Shown: one piece after another, positions 48,644 to 57,549 of the stretch | Numbering within the stretch: the stretch's first letter is position 1 | Layout of the letters: each line of letters opens with the position of its first letter | Assembly (NCBI GenBank): GCA_965202805.1 | Contig: OZ241869.1 | Span: 864,001-928,000 of the forward strand | Length of the DNA stretch: 64,000 nt | Reading direction: 5' to 3' | DNA from: Longimicrobiales bacterium | GTDB taxonomy: Bacteria > Gemmatimonadota > Gemmatimonadetes > Longimicrobiales > Gaopeijiaceae | Notes under the pieces: generated by a model | The model's database searches: none | Told to the model about the DNA's origin: nothing | The model's input: the letters and a program-made list of their open reading frames with translations, nothing else | Program-made: the position numbers and the translations under genes

Positions 48644-48934
48644 CTATCGGTTCATCTCGCCCTCGGCGGGACCTGCGTCGCCGGAGGCGCGGGGCCCGAT
48701 GAGCCGTTCGGTGAAGTCCTGACGCTCTTCCAGCAGCGAAAGCCTGTCGTTCATCGTCTCGACCGTCTCGCGCAGGCGCCGGGTCTCCTCCGGCGAAGGA
48801 CCGGATTTCTCCCGCGCCATCGCTTCGAGCAGAATCCCGAGTCGGCTTGCGATGGGACGCAGGACGATCACGCCTCCCACCGTGACGATGAACAGGGAAG
48901 GAACGACCAGGGCGGTGAGGGCCTCCCAGTCCAT
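48644..48934 (-). CDS. Small single-TM protein with C-terminal coiled coil
   Basis: GGAGG RBS; MDWEALTALVV TM segment, then RLSLLEERQDFTERL; 96 aa. Confidence 0.75.
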   Translation of the reverse strand: MDWEALTALVVPSLFIVTVGGVIVLRPIASRLGILLEAMAREKSGPSPEETRRLRETVETMNDRLSLLEERQDFTERLIGPRASGDAGPAEGEMNR

Positions 48935-48997
48935 TGGCTGAGCCTCCGTGGTGGCGGTTTCGCGAGCAACGGAATCAACACCCGCTCGGCAATCGAG

Positions 48998-49023
48998 TAC
49001 GAAATCGCCACGGATGTGTTGCA
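48998..49023 (-). promoter_or_regulatory. Putative ECF sigma promoter
   Basis: The - strand reads TGCAAC-N16-CGTA, about 64 bp upstream of the small membrane protein gene. Confidence 0.45.
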
Positions 49024-49121
49024 CGGGCATCCGGCTGGTGCTCCCCCGCGGAAACCGCGGAATGGTGTTGCCCGGTCCCGCAAGGCAGGCAGCGGGTCGT
49101 CCGGCTCGGCCGAGAGCCGTC

Positions 49122-50039
49122 CTACCCCCGCCACAGGGGCAGGGTAAGGCAGGTCGGCCCGCCTTCGCACGGGATACAGAGCGCATCCGCGGAGAAGCAG
49201 GTCACCTCGCACCCGGCATCCCGCATCAGACGCACCGTGTCCGGAAACCCGTCGACCGCGATGCAGCGGCCCGGTGCCGTCGCGAGCACGTTGAGGTTGA
49301 GACCGCTCGAAGCCTCGAATTCCTCGTCGCCCGCCTCGAGGCACCGGATGCCCCGGTCTCGCAGCAGCTCGCGCAGCGCGACCGGCAGCAGGCGCGGGTA
49401 GATGAGCGCGAGATCGCGGTCCAGCGGGCTGATCACCGAGAGGAGATGCAGGCAGGCGGCGCTGCCCTTCCAGACGGGAAGGTCGAACACGAGGAGTCTG
49501 ATGCCGAGGGGCGCCAGGATGCCCTGCAGCTGATCGATTCCGGCTTGATTCGTGCGGAAGGTGCGCGCCGCCGCGAGCGTCGTCTCGTCGACCCACAGCA
49601 GGTCTCCTCCTTCGGCGAGGCCGGGAGGCGAAATCCTCCCGATGACCGGCACGCCCAGCCGCTGGTGGAGTGCTTCGTGAAGCGCCACCTCGGGGCGGCG
49701 CAGCGACTTGCCGGGACGGAGCAGGATGGCGCCCGCGGGGGTCATGAATGAGGGGTCGAAGACGAAGATGGAGTCGGCGAGGCCGTCGTCCGCGTCGGGC
49801 ATCCACTCGATCTTCGCCCCCGAATCGGCGAGACACGCCGCGAAGGCGTCGTACTGGCGCGCCAGGCGGTCCGCATCCAGGGGGCACGCGTAGTGCCAGA
49901 GCGCGGGATCGGCCTCGAAGGTAGCCCGCCCCGGACGGCGCAGGGCGACGTGCCGGAGCGGATCCGTCATGCGCGTCACTCCGAAGTCGTTCGCTGGCGG
50001 AGATTCGCTTCCGGGCGGCGGTGCCGGTCCGGGGCTCAT
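49122..50039 (-). CDS. Amidinotransferase/dimethylarginine dimethylaminohydrolase/arginine deiminase (pentein) family protein
   Basis: DSIFVFDP, RRPE, EGGD, RTN, HLLS and EGGPTCLT (catalytic Cys) motifs; ATG overlaps the permease stop. Confidence 0.88.
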   Translation of the reverse strand: MSPGPAPPPGSESPPANDFGVTRMTDPLRHVALRRPGRATFEADPALWHYACPLDADRLARQYDAFAACLADSGAKIEWMPDADDGLADSIFVFDPSFMTPAGAILLRPGKSLRRPEVALHEALHQRLGVPVIGRISPPGLAEGGDLLWVDETTLAAARTFRTNQAGIDQLQGILAPLGIRLLVFDLPVWKGSAACLHLLSVISPLDRDLALIYPRLLPVALRELLRDRGIRCLEAGDEEFEASSGLNLNVLATAPGRCIAVDGFPDTVRLMRDAGCEVTCFSADALCIPCEGGPTCLTLPLWRG

Positions 50040-51430
50040 CGGCCGCCTCCCGAGTCCTTCGCTGATGTGGCGCCCCCGGCCCCATCGCCGGCGGCGGGGC
50101 TTCCCCCGGGCGAACCCCCGCCCCGCCAGCGCATCGCGGCGAACACCGGCACGCCGGCCAGCAGCATCAGGAATCCCCAGAACACGGTCTCGGCGCCCGC
50201 GCCCACCACCGCCCAAAGCGAGAACGCGAACGCGAGCACGCTCACGATCGCCCGCGCGAGGGGGCCTGCAGCCGTACGGCCGCCGATTCGTGACCGGGAG
50301 CGCTCGCGGAGGGCCATGATGAGCCCCGTCATGCTCGTGAAGACGTAGGGCAGCAGCGTCGCCAGGGTGGCCAGCAGGATGAGGAAGGTGAAGGCCTGGA
50401 CCAGGCCCCTGGTATAGTTCATGGCGATGAGGATCGTCGCGATGGCAGCCGACAGGAAGATCCCCGCGACGGGCGTGCCTCTCGGGCCGAGGTGCGCAAA
50501 GCGCGCCGGGAGCAGACCGTCGAGGGCGGCGGCGCGCGGGATCTGGCCGGTGAGCAGAACCCAGCCGTTGAGGGCGCCGAAGCAGGAGATCGTGGCCCCC
50601 GCTCCGATGATCCAGCGTCCCCAGGTCCCCCAGATGGAGCCCGCCGCGTCGGCGAAAGGCGCCGTGGACAGCGCCAGCTCCGCCGGCGCGATGATGCCCA
50701 TGACCGCGGCGGTGCAGGCGATGTAGATGACGGCGGCGATCGACGTCCCGAGGATCGTGGCCCTCGGGATCGTGCGGGCCGGGTCGCGCACGTCGCCTGC
50801 GGGAACGGTTCCCGCCTCGAGCCCCAGAAACGCCCACAGGGTGAGCGCCACCGTCGCCGTTACCGCGCTGAAGGGGCTCTCTCCGGCCGGGTTGAATGGC
50901 TGGAAGTGGTCGGCCTGGAAGTAGAGGAACCCGACGGTGCCGACGGCCGCCAGCGGCAGCAGCTTGAGCACGGTGGTGACGAGCTGCAACAACCCCGCCG
51001 TGCGCACGCCGTGCGCGTTGACCAGCGCGAGAGTCCACAGGGCGGCCAGCGCCGTGGCCAGACCCGCGGCAGGCGAGATCCCCAGCACCGGCCAGAAGAC
51101 GGTCGCGTAGCTCGCGGTGGCGACCGCCAGGGCCGCGTTTCCCGTGAGGAGCGAGATCCAGTAGGACCACGCGATCCAGAAGCCCACGAAGTCGCCGAAT
51201 CCCTCGCGGCCGTACGCATATGGCCCGCCTACCCTCGGCATCGTAGCTCCGAGTCGCGCGAGGACCAGCGCCATGCACATCGCCCCTCCGGCGCTCACCA
51301 GCCACCCCACGATGCTGATGCCCCCGAACGGGGCCAGCGACGCCGGGAGAAGGAAGACGCCCGAGCCGATCATGCTCCCCGCCACCAGGGAGGTGCACAT
51401 CCAAAGCCCGAGCCCCCGCTTGTTCGTCAT
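50036..51430 (-). CDS. APC-family amino acid permease (AdiC/PotE/CadB-like)
   Basis: GSMIGSGVFLLP, GGPYAY, WAFLGLE and RDPARTIPRAT motifs. Confidence 0.92.
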   Translation of the reverse strand: MTNKRGLGLWMCTSLVAGSMIGSGVFLLPASLAPFGGISIVGWLVSAGGAMCMALVLARLGATMPRVGGPYAYGREGFGDFVGFWIAWSYWISLLTGNAALAVATASYATVFWPVLGISPAAGLATALAALWTLALVNAHGVRTAGLLQLVTTVLKLLPLAAVGTVGFLYFQADHFQPFNPAGESPFSAVTATVALTLWAFLGLEAGTVPAGDVRDPARTIPRATILGTSIAAVIYIACTAAVMGIIAPAELALSTAPFADAAGSIWGTWGRWIIGAGATISCFGALNGWVLLTGQIPRAAALDGLLPARFAHLGPRGTPVAGIFLSAAIATILIAMNYTRGLVQAFTFLILLATLATLLPYVFTSMTGLIMALRERSRSRIGGRTAAGPLARAIVSVLAFAFSLWAVVGAGAETVFWGFLMLLAGVPVFAAMRWRGGGSPGGSPAAGDGAGGATSAKDSGGGR

Positions 51431-51505
51431 CCGCTCTGCCTGTTCGCGATCGGGTGTCCGCATCCGTACCCGGTCCGGCGCAACCCGGCCGGCTTCGTGC
51501 CCACC

Positions 51506-51538
51506 GGTACATTGTACCATGTTCCTTTTCTCTTCCAA
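51506..51538 (-). promoter_or_regulatory. Putative sigma70 promoter with overlapping palindromic operator
   Basis: The - strand reads TTGGAA-N16-TACAAT with an extended -10 TG. The palindrome GGTACA-T-TGTACC lies at 51506-51518. Confidence 0.55.
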
Positions 51539-51796
51539 TCGCGAACGTCGGCCAGCCGCGCGTTTGCATGCGGTGGACGAGCGGCGCCACGCACTCACGG
51601 CCGTGATGACCCGCAGCGGCGGCGTAGCGCGGGAGGGAGGGCGGCTTAGCGTGGGACAGGGGCGGCGTCGCACGCGGTGGCTTCCGGGGCTGGCGCGAGA
51701 CCGGCTCGCGGTGGCATCCTGCACGGCGGAGCCTGCACGGGCGTTTTCCGCCAATCCGCAAGCCACCGACGAACCGGAAACCCAGGAGCCCCATCC

Positions 51797-53575
51797 ATGC
51801 GCGAAGCTTCCGCAAGAGCCCGACTTCACCCCGCGGGCGCGGCCACGGCCATCACCCTCGCATGCAGTTGTCTCATCCTTGCCGCGACCGCGTGTGAGAC
51901 GGCGGAGGCGCCGGCCCAGGCCAGCACGTCCGGACAGAGCTCCGGGGAAGTGGTCTTTCCCGCCACCAACCGTCCCGACGTACGCGGCGTCACCGGGGCG
52001 GTATCGGCCGGCCATCCGCTTGCGGCCGCGGCGGGTCACGACGTTTTGCGCCGGGGCGGCAACGCCCTCGACGCGATCATCGCCATGGCCGGGGTGCTGG
52101 CCGTCGTGCGCCCGCACATGAACGGTGTCGGGGGTGACGCCTTCATGATCTACTACGAAGCCGGGAGCGGGCGCGTGTACGCGATGAACGGAAGCGGGCG
52201 CGCCGGCGCGCTGGCCACACCCGGCCTTTTCGCCGAACGCGAACTCGACCGGGTCCCCGGCAACGGTCCCCTCTCGGTCTCGGTGCCCGGCGCGGTGGCC
52301 GCCTGGGTCGACGCCCTGGACCGCTTCGGGACCCGGCCCATGGCGGAGCTGCTGGAGCCCGCCATCGGCTATGCCCGCGACGGCTTCCCGGTCTCCACAC
52401 GGCTCGCCAGCGACATCGCGGGCTCGTCCCGCTCGCTGAACGACCATGCGCGGGCGCTCTACCTGCCCGGCGGAGAGCCGCCGCCGGTGGGCAGCCTGCT
52501 CAGGAACCCCGCGCTGGCCGCCACCCTGGAGCGGATCGCCGCCGACGGCAGGGACGGGTTCTACCACGGCTTCGTAGCCGACCGCATCGGCGCCTTCCTG
52601 GAGGCCGAGGGCGGCTACGTGCGGGCTCCGGACCTGGCGGCGCACACCACCACCTGGGTGGAGCCGCTGCGCGGCGACTACGAGAACCACACCATGCTGG
52701 TGATGCCGCCCAACACCCAGGGCATTGCGCAACTGCAGCTGTTCGAGATGTCGAAATCATTCGACATGAAGGAGTTGGGTCACAATACCTCAAGCTATCT
52801 CCACACCCTCATCGAGATGAAGAAGCTGGCCTTCGCCGACCGCGACCAGTGGGCCGCCGACCCGGAATTCAGCGACATCCCGCTGGATCGCCTGCTCGAC
52901 TCCGACTATCTGGCCCGGCGCGCCGGCATGGTCGACGCGGGCGCCGCAGCGGAGTCGCGTGCGACGGGCCTGGGCGCGGAGATGGCGGCCGGCGAGAGCG
53001 GGTCACCGGACGACTCCGGCGACACCGTCTATCTCACGGCCGTGGACCAGTGGGGCAACGCGGTGAGCTGGATCCAGAGCCTGTTCGCCGGCTTCGGCTC
53101 GGGTCTGCTCGAGCCCGAAACCGGCATCGTGCTCCACAACCGGGGTGCCCTCTTCAACCTGGAAGCGGGTCATCCCAACATCATCGCGCCCGGCAAGCGG
53201 CCGTATCACACCCTGTCGCCCATGATGGCGCTTCGCAGCGACGGAAGCTTCGCCTTCACGCTGGGCACGCCCGGGGGTGACAGCCAGCCGCAGAGCCTGA
53301 TCCAGATCGTCAACAACATGGTGCTCTTCGGAATGACGCCCCAGGCGGCCATCGAAGCGCCCCGATTCCGCAGCTACAACGGGCTCGGCGTGGCCTTCGA
53401 GGACCGCGTCGGTTCGGCCGTGCTGGGAGAACTCGGTGCCCTGGGGCACCAGGTCGAGGTCGTGCACGGGTGGACGGCCACCTTCGGGGGCGCCCACATG
53501 ATCCTCCGGGACCGCGACGGCACCCTTACCGCCGCTTCCGACCCGAGGAGGGAGGCATATGCCATTGCGTACTGA
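51797..53575 (+). CDS. ggt: Gamma-glutamyltransferase family lipoprotein
   Basis: Lipobox ATAC; GGNALDA, GVGGD.F, PPNTQG, GDTVY (Thr nucleophile), PGKRP.HTL and SDPRRE motifs; AGGAG RBS. Confidence 0.93.
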   Translation: MREASARARLHPAGAATAITLACSCLILAATACETAEAPAQASTSGQSSGEVVFPATNRPDVRGVTGAVSAGHPLAAAAGHDVLRRGGNALDAIIAMAGVLAVVRPHMNGVGGDAFMIYYEAGSGRVYAMNGSGRAGALATPGLFAERELDRVPGNGPLSVSVPGAVAAWVDALDRFGTRPMAELLEPAIGYARDGFPVSTRLASDIAGSSRSLNDHARALYLPGGEPPPVGSLLRNPALAATLERIAADGRDGFYHGFVADRIGAFLEAEGGYVRAPDLAAHTTTWVEPLRGDYENHTMLVMPPNTQGIAQLQLFEMSKSFDMKELGHNTSSYLHTLIEMKKLAFADRDQWAADPEFSDIPLDRLLDSDYLARRAGMVDAGAAAESRATGLGAEMAAGESGSPDDSGDTVYLTAVDQWGNAVSWIQSLFAGFGSGLLEPETGIVLHNRGALFNLEAGHPNIIAPGKRPYHTLSPMMALRSDGSFAFTLGTPGGDSQPQSLIQIVNNMVLFGMTPQAAIEAPRFRSYNGLGVAFEDRVGSAVLGELGALGHQVEVVHGWTATFGGAHMILRDRDGTLTAASDPRREAYAIAY

Positions 53576-53707
53576 GGCCATGCCGCCGGAACCTGCGCCC
53601 CCTACCCATGGTATGGTCATGATGCCAGCCATACTACTGGTTGTGTGCGCGGGGATCGGGGGTTTTGTCGTGGCGCAATCCTCCAGCCAGGCCGGGAAGA
53701 GGACTCC

Positions 53708-54085
53708 ATGACCGCCCTGGCGCGGGGACTGGCAGCGAGCGGAGCCACGCTCGCGCTCCTGGCGGTGGCGCTGGGCGCGTTCGGAGCCCACGCTCTGCGC
53801 GCGCGCCTCGAGCCGCGCGACCTGGAGATCTTCGAGACCGCGGTGCGCTACCAGATGTACCACGCGCTTGCGCTTCTCGGAGTCGCATGGCTGGCCACCC
53901 GCCTGACCGATCCGCTGACCGGCTGGGCGGGATGGCTGATGGTCGCCGGAACGGTGGTCTTCTCCGGCAGCCTCTACCTGCTGGTCCTGACCGGACCCCG
54001 CTGGCTGGGCGCCATCACGCCCATCGGCGGCGTGATGCTCATCGCCGGATGGCTGCTGGTGGTCGTCGCGCTCCTGCGCGCCTAG
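53708..54085 (+). CDS. DUF423 (YgdD/TMEM256) small membrane protein
   Basis: LGAFGAHAL, YQMYHAL, FSGSLY and GAITPIGG motifs. Confidence 0.93.
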   Translation: MTALARGLAASGATLALLAVALGAFGAHALRARLEPRDLEIFETAVRYQMYHALALLGVAWLATRLTDPLTGWAGWLMVAGTVVFSGSLYLLVLTGPRWLGAITPIGGVMLIAGWLLVVVALLRA

Positions 54086-54114
54086 CTTAGCTAAGCCCGA
54101 CCAGGCCAGGCTAG
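54082..54114. repeat. CTAG/AGCT-rich spacer between convergent stops
   Basis: Perfect palindrome GCTTAGCTAAGC at 54085-54096, then CCAGG twice and CTAG. Confidence 0.6.
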
Positions 54115-56018
54115 AACACCACTCGCTTCGGCCTCAACTCGGTGATCCAGATCCCCGAGTTCAGATCCGACGAGTAGATGCGGCCCTTGAAGATCTGGGC
54201 TCCCCAGGTCATGGGCCAGTTGGGCACCACCATGTCGTCGTCCCTGGGGATGAAGGCTGCCACCTCCCTGCCCTGCTCGTAGAGGTTGCCGCGCAGCTCG
54301 CCCGAGATGTCCAGGACGCGCAGCCCCGCCTGGTAGTACCCCAGGTAGAGACGGTCGCCCTCGGCCCAGACGTTGTGCACCCCCGCCTCCGGCACCTCGT
54401 ACCACGCCACCTCGACCGGGTTCTCGATGTCGGAATAGTCCACCACGTGAATGAACCCGCGCGCCTCGATGGGCCGCTCGGGGTCCCACCCCGGCGGGAA
54501 GATCTCGTCGCCGAGATAGAGATAGCGCCCGTGGCGCCACGCCACGTGGGTGTTGCCGATCGGGTACTTGAACTGGCTCACGAAGGCGGGCTCGCGCGCG
54601 GTGCCCTGGTGGGTGCCCGCGCCCACATCCAGCATGATCACGCCGTCGTTCCAGTAGGAGAGGTAGGCGTAGCCGTCCTGCACGATGACGTCGTGCAGCG
54701 TCTTCCCCTGCTTGTCGAGACCCCAGCGGCCGACCTCTACGGGGTTGGCGGGGTCGGAGATGTCGATGATGTGCATGTCGGAAGTGCCGTTGTGGCAGGC
54801 GTATACGAGGTCGTCGTCGCCCAGGATCCACACGTTGTGCACCCCGCCGGTGAGCGTCTCGTCGTAGCGGGAGACGATCTCCGGGTGGGCCGGGTCGGCG
54901 AGGTCGAGGAGCACCATGCCGTTGCGGCGGTTGGAGGCGCCCTCGCGGGTGACGATCCCGACGCGGTTGTCGGGGTGGATCTTGACGTCGTTGATGCGGC
55001 GCGCGTCCAGCTGGATCGAGTCCGTGAGCACCGGCGCGCCGCTGTCGGTGACGTCCCACACCTTCATCCAGTCGTGCATGTAGGTGCCCACATACACATA
55101 GTCGCGCCCGTCCACGCCCTCGAACGCCCACATGTCACCGGAGTGGTGTGAGGAGATCGGCCCCCGCCCCACCTGGATCAGCTCCGAATCGGAGATGCGC
55201 TCGGTCACCTCCACGCTGGCGGTGCGCACCACGCCCTCCCCGATCACCGCGTACACGACGTAACGACCCGGGTCTTCCGCCACGAACACGCCCTCCGCGC
55301 CGTCGGCGTCGATCTGAGCGCCCACCCCCGCCACCGTCCAGGCGGGCATCAGCTCGGGGCCACCTGCGCCCGAGGGCAGGCTGGCGGCCGCGCGGAAGCG
55401 GACCACGTCGCCGGTGCGCACCGTGGATGCCGCCGGCGCCAGCTCGTATGCGAACCCGGGGTCCGCCTCCACGGTGACCTCGACCGCCTCTTCCGCATCG
55501 CCCGACCGGACCGTGATGGTCGCGTTCCCGGGAGCCAGGCCGTACACGCGCCCGAGCGCGTCCACGCTGGCCACCGCGGGGGCGCCGGAAGTGAAGGACG
55601 CGACCGGCGCGTCCAGCGCCTCCCCCAGCCGGGTGGTGGCCGACAGCAGGAGCGGTACGCTCGTTCCCGCGATGATCGGACCGGGCGCGGCCACCTCCAG
55701 GGTGGCGGCTCCCAGCTGCGGCACGGTCAGATCGGCGAACCCCGCCACGGTGGTTCCGACCATGGCGGCCACCTGGCCCTTCCCCGGCCGCAGCCCGGTC
55801 ACACGGCCGGATTCATCCACCGACAGGAGCTCGGGGGTAACGGACACCCAGGTGACGGCGACGCCCTCGATGACCGCTCCTTCGGCGTCCAGAACGCGGG
55901 CGGTGAGTGTAAGCGCGGCGTCGACAGCGACCTCCGCGGTGGCGGGAAGCACCTCGACCCGTTCGGGCACGGCCTGAAGCGCGACGGTGAGCACGAGCGC
56001 GTGAGCGAAGGACATCAT
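54111..56018 (-). CDS. Secreted protein with Ig-like (Big_2) domains and LVIVD repeats
   Basis: W.S..P....VD.SG.VTG Ig-like repeats; repeated IIDISDPANP-type motifs; GAGGT RBS. Confidence 0.85.
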   Translation of the reverse strand: MMSFAHALVLTVALQAVPERVEVLPATAEVAVDAALTLTARVLDAEGAVIEGVAVTWVSVTPELLSVDESGRVTGLRPGKGQVAAMVGTTVAGFADLTVPQLGAATLEVAAPGPIIAGTSVPLLLSATTRLGEALDAPVASFTSGAPAVASVDALGRVYGLAPGNATITVRSGDAEEAVEVTVEADPGFAYELAPAASTVRTGDVVRFRAAASLPSGAGGPELMPAWTVAGVGAQIDADGAEGVFVAEDPGRYVVYAVIGEGVVRTASVEVTERISDSELIQVGRGPISSHHSGDMWAFEGVDGRDYVYVGTYMHDWMKVWDVTDSGAPVLTDSIQLDARRINDVKIHPDNRVGIVTREGASNRRNGMVLLDLADPAHPEIVSRYDETLTGGVHNVWILGDDDLVYACHNGTSDMHIIDISDPANPVEVGRWGLDKQGKTLHDVIVQDGYAYLSYWNDGVIMLDVGAGTHQGTAREPAFVSQFKYPIGNTHVAWRHGRYLYLGDEIFPPGWDPERPIEARGFIHVVDYSDIENPVEVAWYEVPEAGVHNVWAEGDRLYLGYYQAGLRVLDISGELRGNLYEQGREVAAFIPRDDDMVVPNWPMTWGAQIFKGRIYSSDLNSGIWITELRPKRVVF

Positions 56019-56083
56019 CTGCTTTACCTCGGATGACGGAACATGAAGGCAGGCTGCCACTTGCGGCCCGCGACCTCTCGAAG

Positions 56084-56157
56084 TGCCCCCGGCAGGACTC
56101 GAACCTGCGGCCCCCGGATTAGGAATCCGGTGCTCTGTCCACCTGAGCTACGGAGGC
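56084..56157 (-). tRNA. tRNA-Arg (anticodon CCT)
   Basis: GCCTCCG-TAGCTCAGGTGGACAGAGC...CCGGA-TT-CCT-AA-TCCGG...GCAGGTTCGAGTCCTGC-CGGGGGC-A; CCA is not encoded. Confidence 0.95.
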
Positions 56158-56188
56158 GCGCGCGAACCCCATTCTACCGCCGTCCGCT

Positions 56189-56773
56189 TCAGCGGAGCAA
56201 CGCCACCACCGCAAAGCCCGCCACCAGGAGAATGCCGAAGACCCAGGTGAAGGTGTTGAAATGGCGGTCGATCGCGTCTCTCAAAGCGGAACCCCACCGG
56301 TAGACCAGACCTCCCAGGACGAAGAAGCGCAGTCCCCGAGAGACGCAGCTGGCCAGCACGAACACCGGGAAGTCGATGGCGAACACCCCGGCCGAGAGCG
56401 TGAATACCTTGTACGGCAGCGGCGTCAGGCCCGCCAGGAAGATCACCCAGAAGTCGTAGCGCCCATACAGCCCCTGCACGCGCGCGAAGCTCTCCGGCGA
56501 CACGCCGGGGACATGGTCGAAGAAGAACTGGTCGAAGAGATGCCACGCACCCGCTCCGATGCCGTAGCCGATCACCCCGCCCAGGACCGACGCCGCCGTG
56601 GTCAGCGCCGCGAAGCGCATGGAGGCCGCGGGAGCGCCCAGACAGAGCGCCAGCAGCAGCGGATCGGGCGGAATCGGGAACACGGACGACTCGGCCAGCG
56701 CGAGCACCGCCAGCGCCCAGGCGCCGTACGGCGTCCCGGCCCAGCCAAGCACCCAGTCGTAGAGACGGCGCAT
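56189..56773 (-). CDS. YqaA/DedA (VTT domain) membrane protein
   Basis: RRLYDWV, AESSVFPIPPD and AGLTPLPYKVFT motifs. Confidence 0.9.
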   Translation of the reverse strand: MRRLYDWVLGWAGTPYGAWALAVLALAESSVFPIPPDPLLLALCLGAPAASMRFAALTTAASVLGGVIGYGIGAGAWHLFDQFFFDHVPGVSPESFARVQGLYGRYDFWVIFLAGLTPLPYKVFTLSAGVFAIDFPVFVLASCVSRGLRFFVLGGLVYRWGSALRDAIDRHFNTFTWVFGILLVAGFAVVALLR

Positions 56774-56793
56774 CAGGGAGCGGGATCCCCTGG

Positions 56794-57540
56794 CTACAAC
56801 ATCAGGTCCCACGCCCGCACCTCTTCGAGAAGCCTGTAGTTGGTGAGGTCGAGGTGGAGCGGGGTCACCGAAACGTATCCCTCCTCCACGGCACGGAAAT
56901 CCGAATCCGCGGAGCCGCTCCACGCCGGGGTGGATGCCCCGATCCAGTAGTACTGCTTCCCCATCGGATCGCGGCCGCGCATCAGCGAGTCGCTGTACCT
57001 GCGGCGCCCCAGCCGCGTGACCCGCACCCCCTTCGCTTCCGCCGGGGGAATCGGGGGGAGGTTGACGTTGAAGAGGGTGTCGGTGGGGAAGGGTCTGGCC
57101 AGCACCTGCTTGAGGAGATCGGACAGAGGTTCGGACCAGCCGAGACCCTCCGTCAGGTCGCGTCCGGCGTAGGAAACCGAAACCGACGGGATGCCGAGCA
57201 CGGTCGCTTCCATGGCAGCCGCCACCGTGCCCGAATAGAGGACGTCCTCCCCCATGTTGGAGCCGTGGTTGACCCCCGAGAAACAGACCGACGGGCGCTC
57301 CCGCAGGAGCGCGCTGAGCGCCAGGATGACGCAGTCCGTGGGCGTGCCGTCGACCACGGAAACGCCGCCCGGTCCGGTTCGGGCGCGCAGTGGATGATGC
57401 AGCGTGAGCGAATGGCTGGTCGCGCTCTGCTCGCGGTCGGGCGCCACCACATGCACGGAGCCGAGCCGTCGCGCGGCGCTCTGCAGGATGGCCAGGCCCG
57501 GAGCCATGTAGCCGTCATCGTTCGTGCACAGGATGTGCAT
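56794..57540 (-). CDS. surE: 5'/3'-nucleotidase SurE
   Basis: TNDDG, VAPDREQS, DGTPTDCV, SGVNHG and YSGTVAAAME motifs. Confidence 0.96.
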   Translation of the reverse strand: MHILCTNDDGYMAPGLAILQSAARRLGSVHVVAPDREQSATSHSLTLHHPLRARTGPGGVSVVDGTPTDCVILALSALLRERPSVCFSGVNHGSNMGEDVLYSGTVAAAMEATVLGIPSVSVSYAGRDLTEGLGWSEPLSDLLKQVLARPFPTDTLFNVNLPPIPPAEAKGVRVTRLGRRRYSDSLMRGRDPMGKQYYWIGASTPAWSGSADSDFRAVEEGYVSVTPLHLDLTNYRLLEEVRAWDLML

Positions 57541-57549
57541 GCGCGCTGG

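Noticed and set aside
1046..52732. Apparent giant fusion ORFs (1046-3322, 21104-22579, 25285-27246, 27576-29945, 44687-47683, 49122-51815, 50036-52732)
   Set aside because: The N-terminal parts overlap other real genes; recognisable domains begin at downstream starts, which I used instead.
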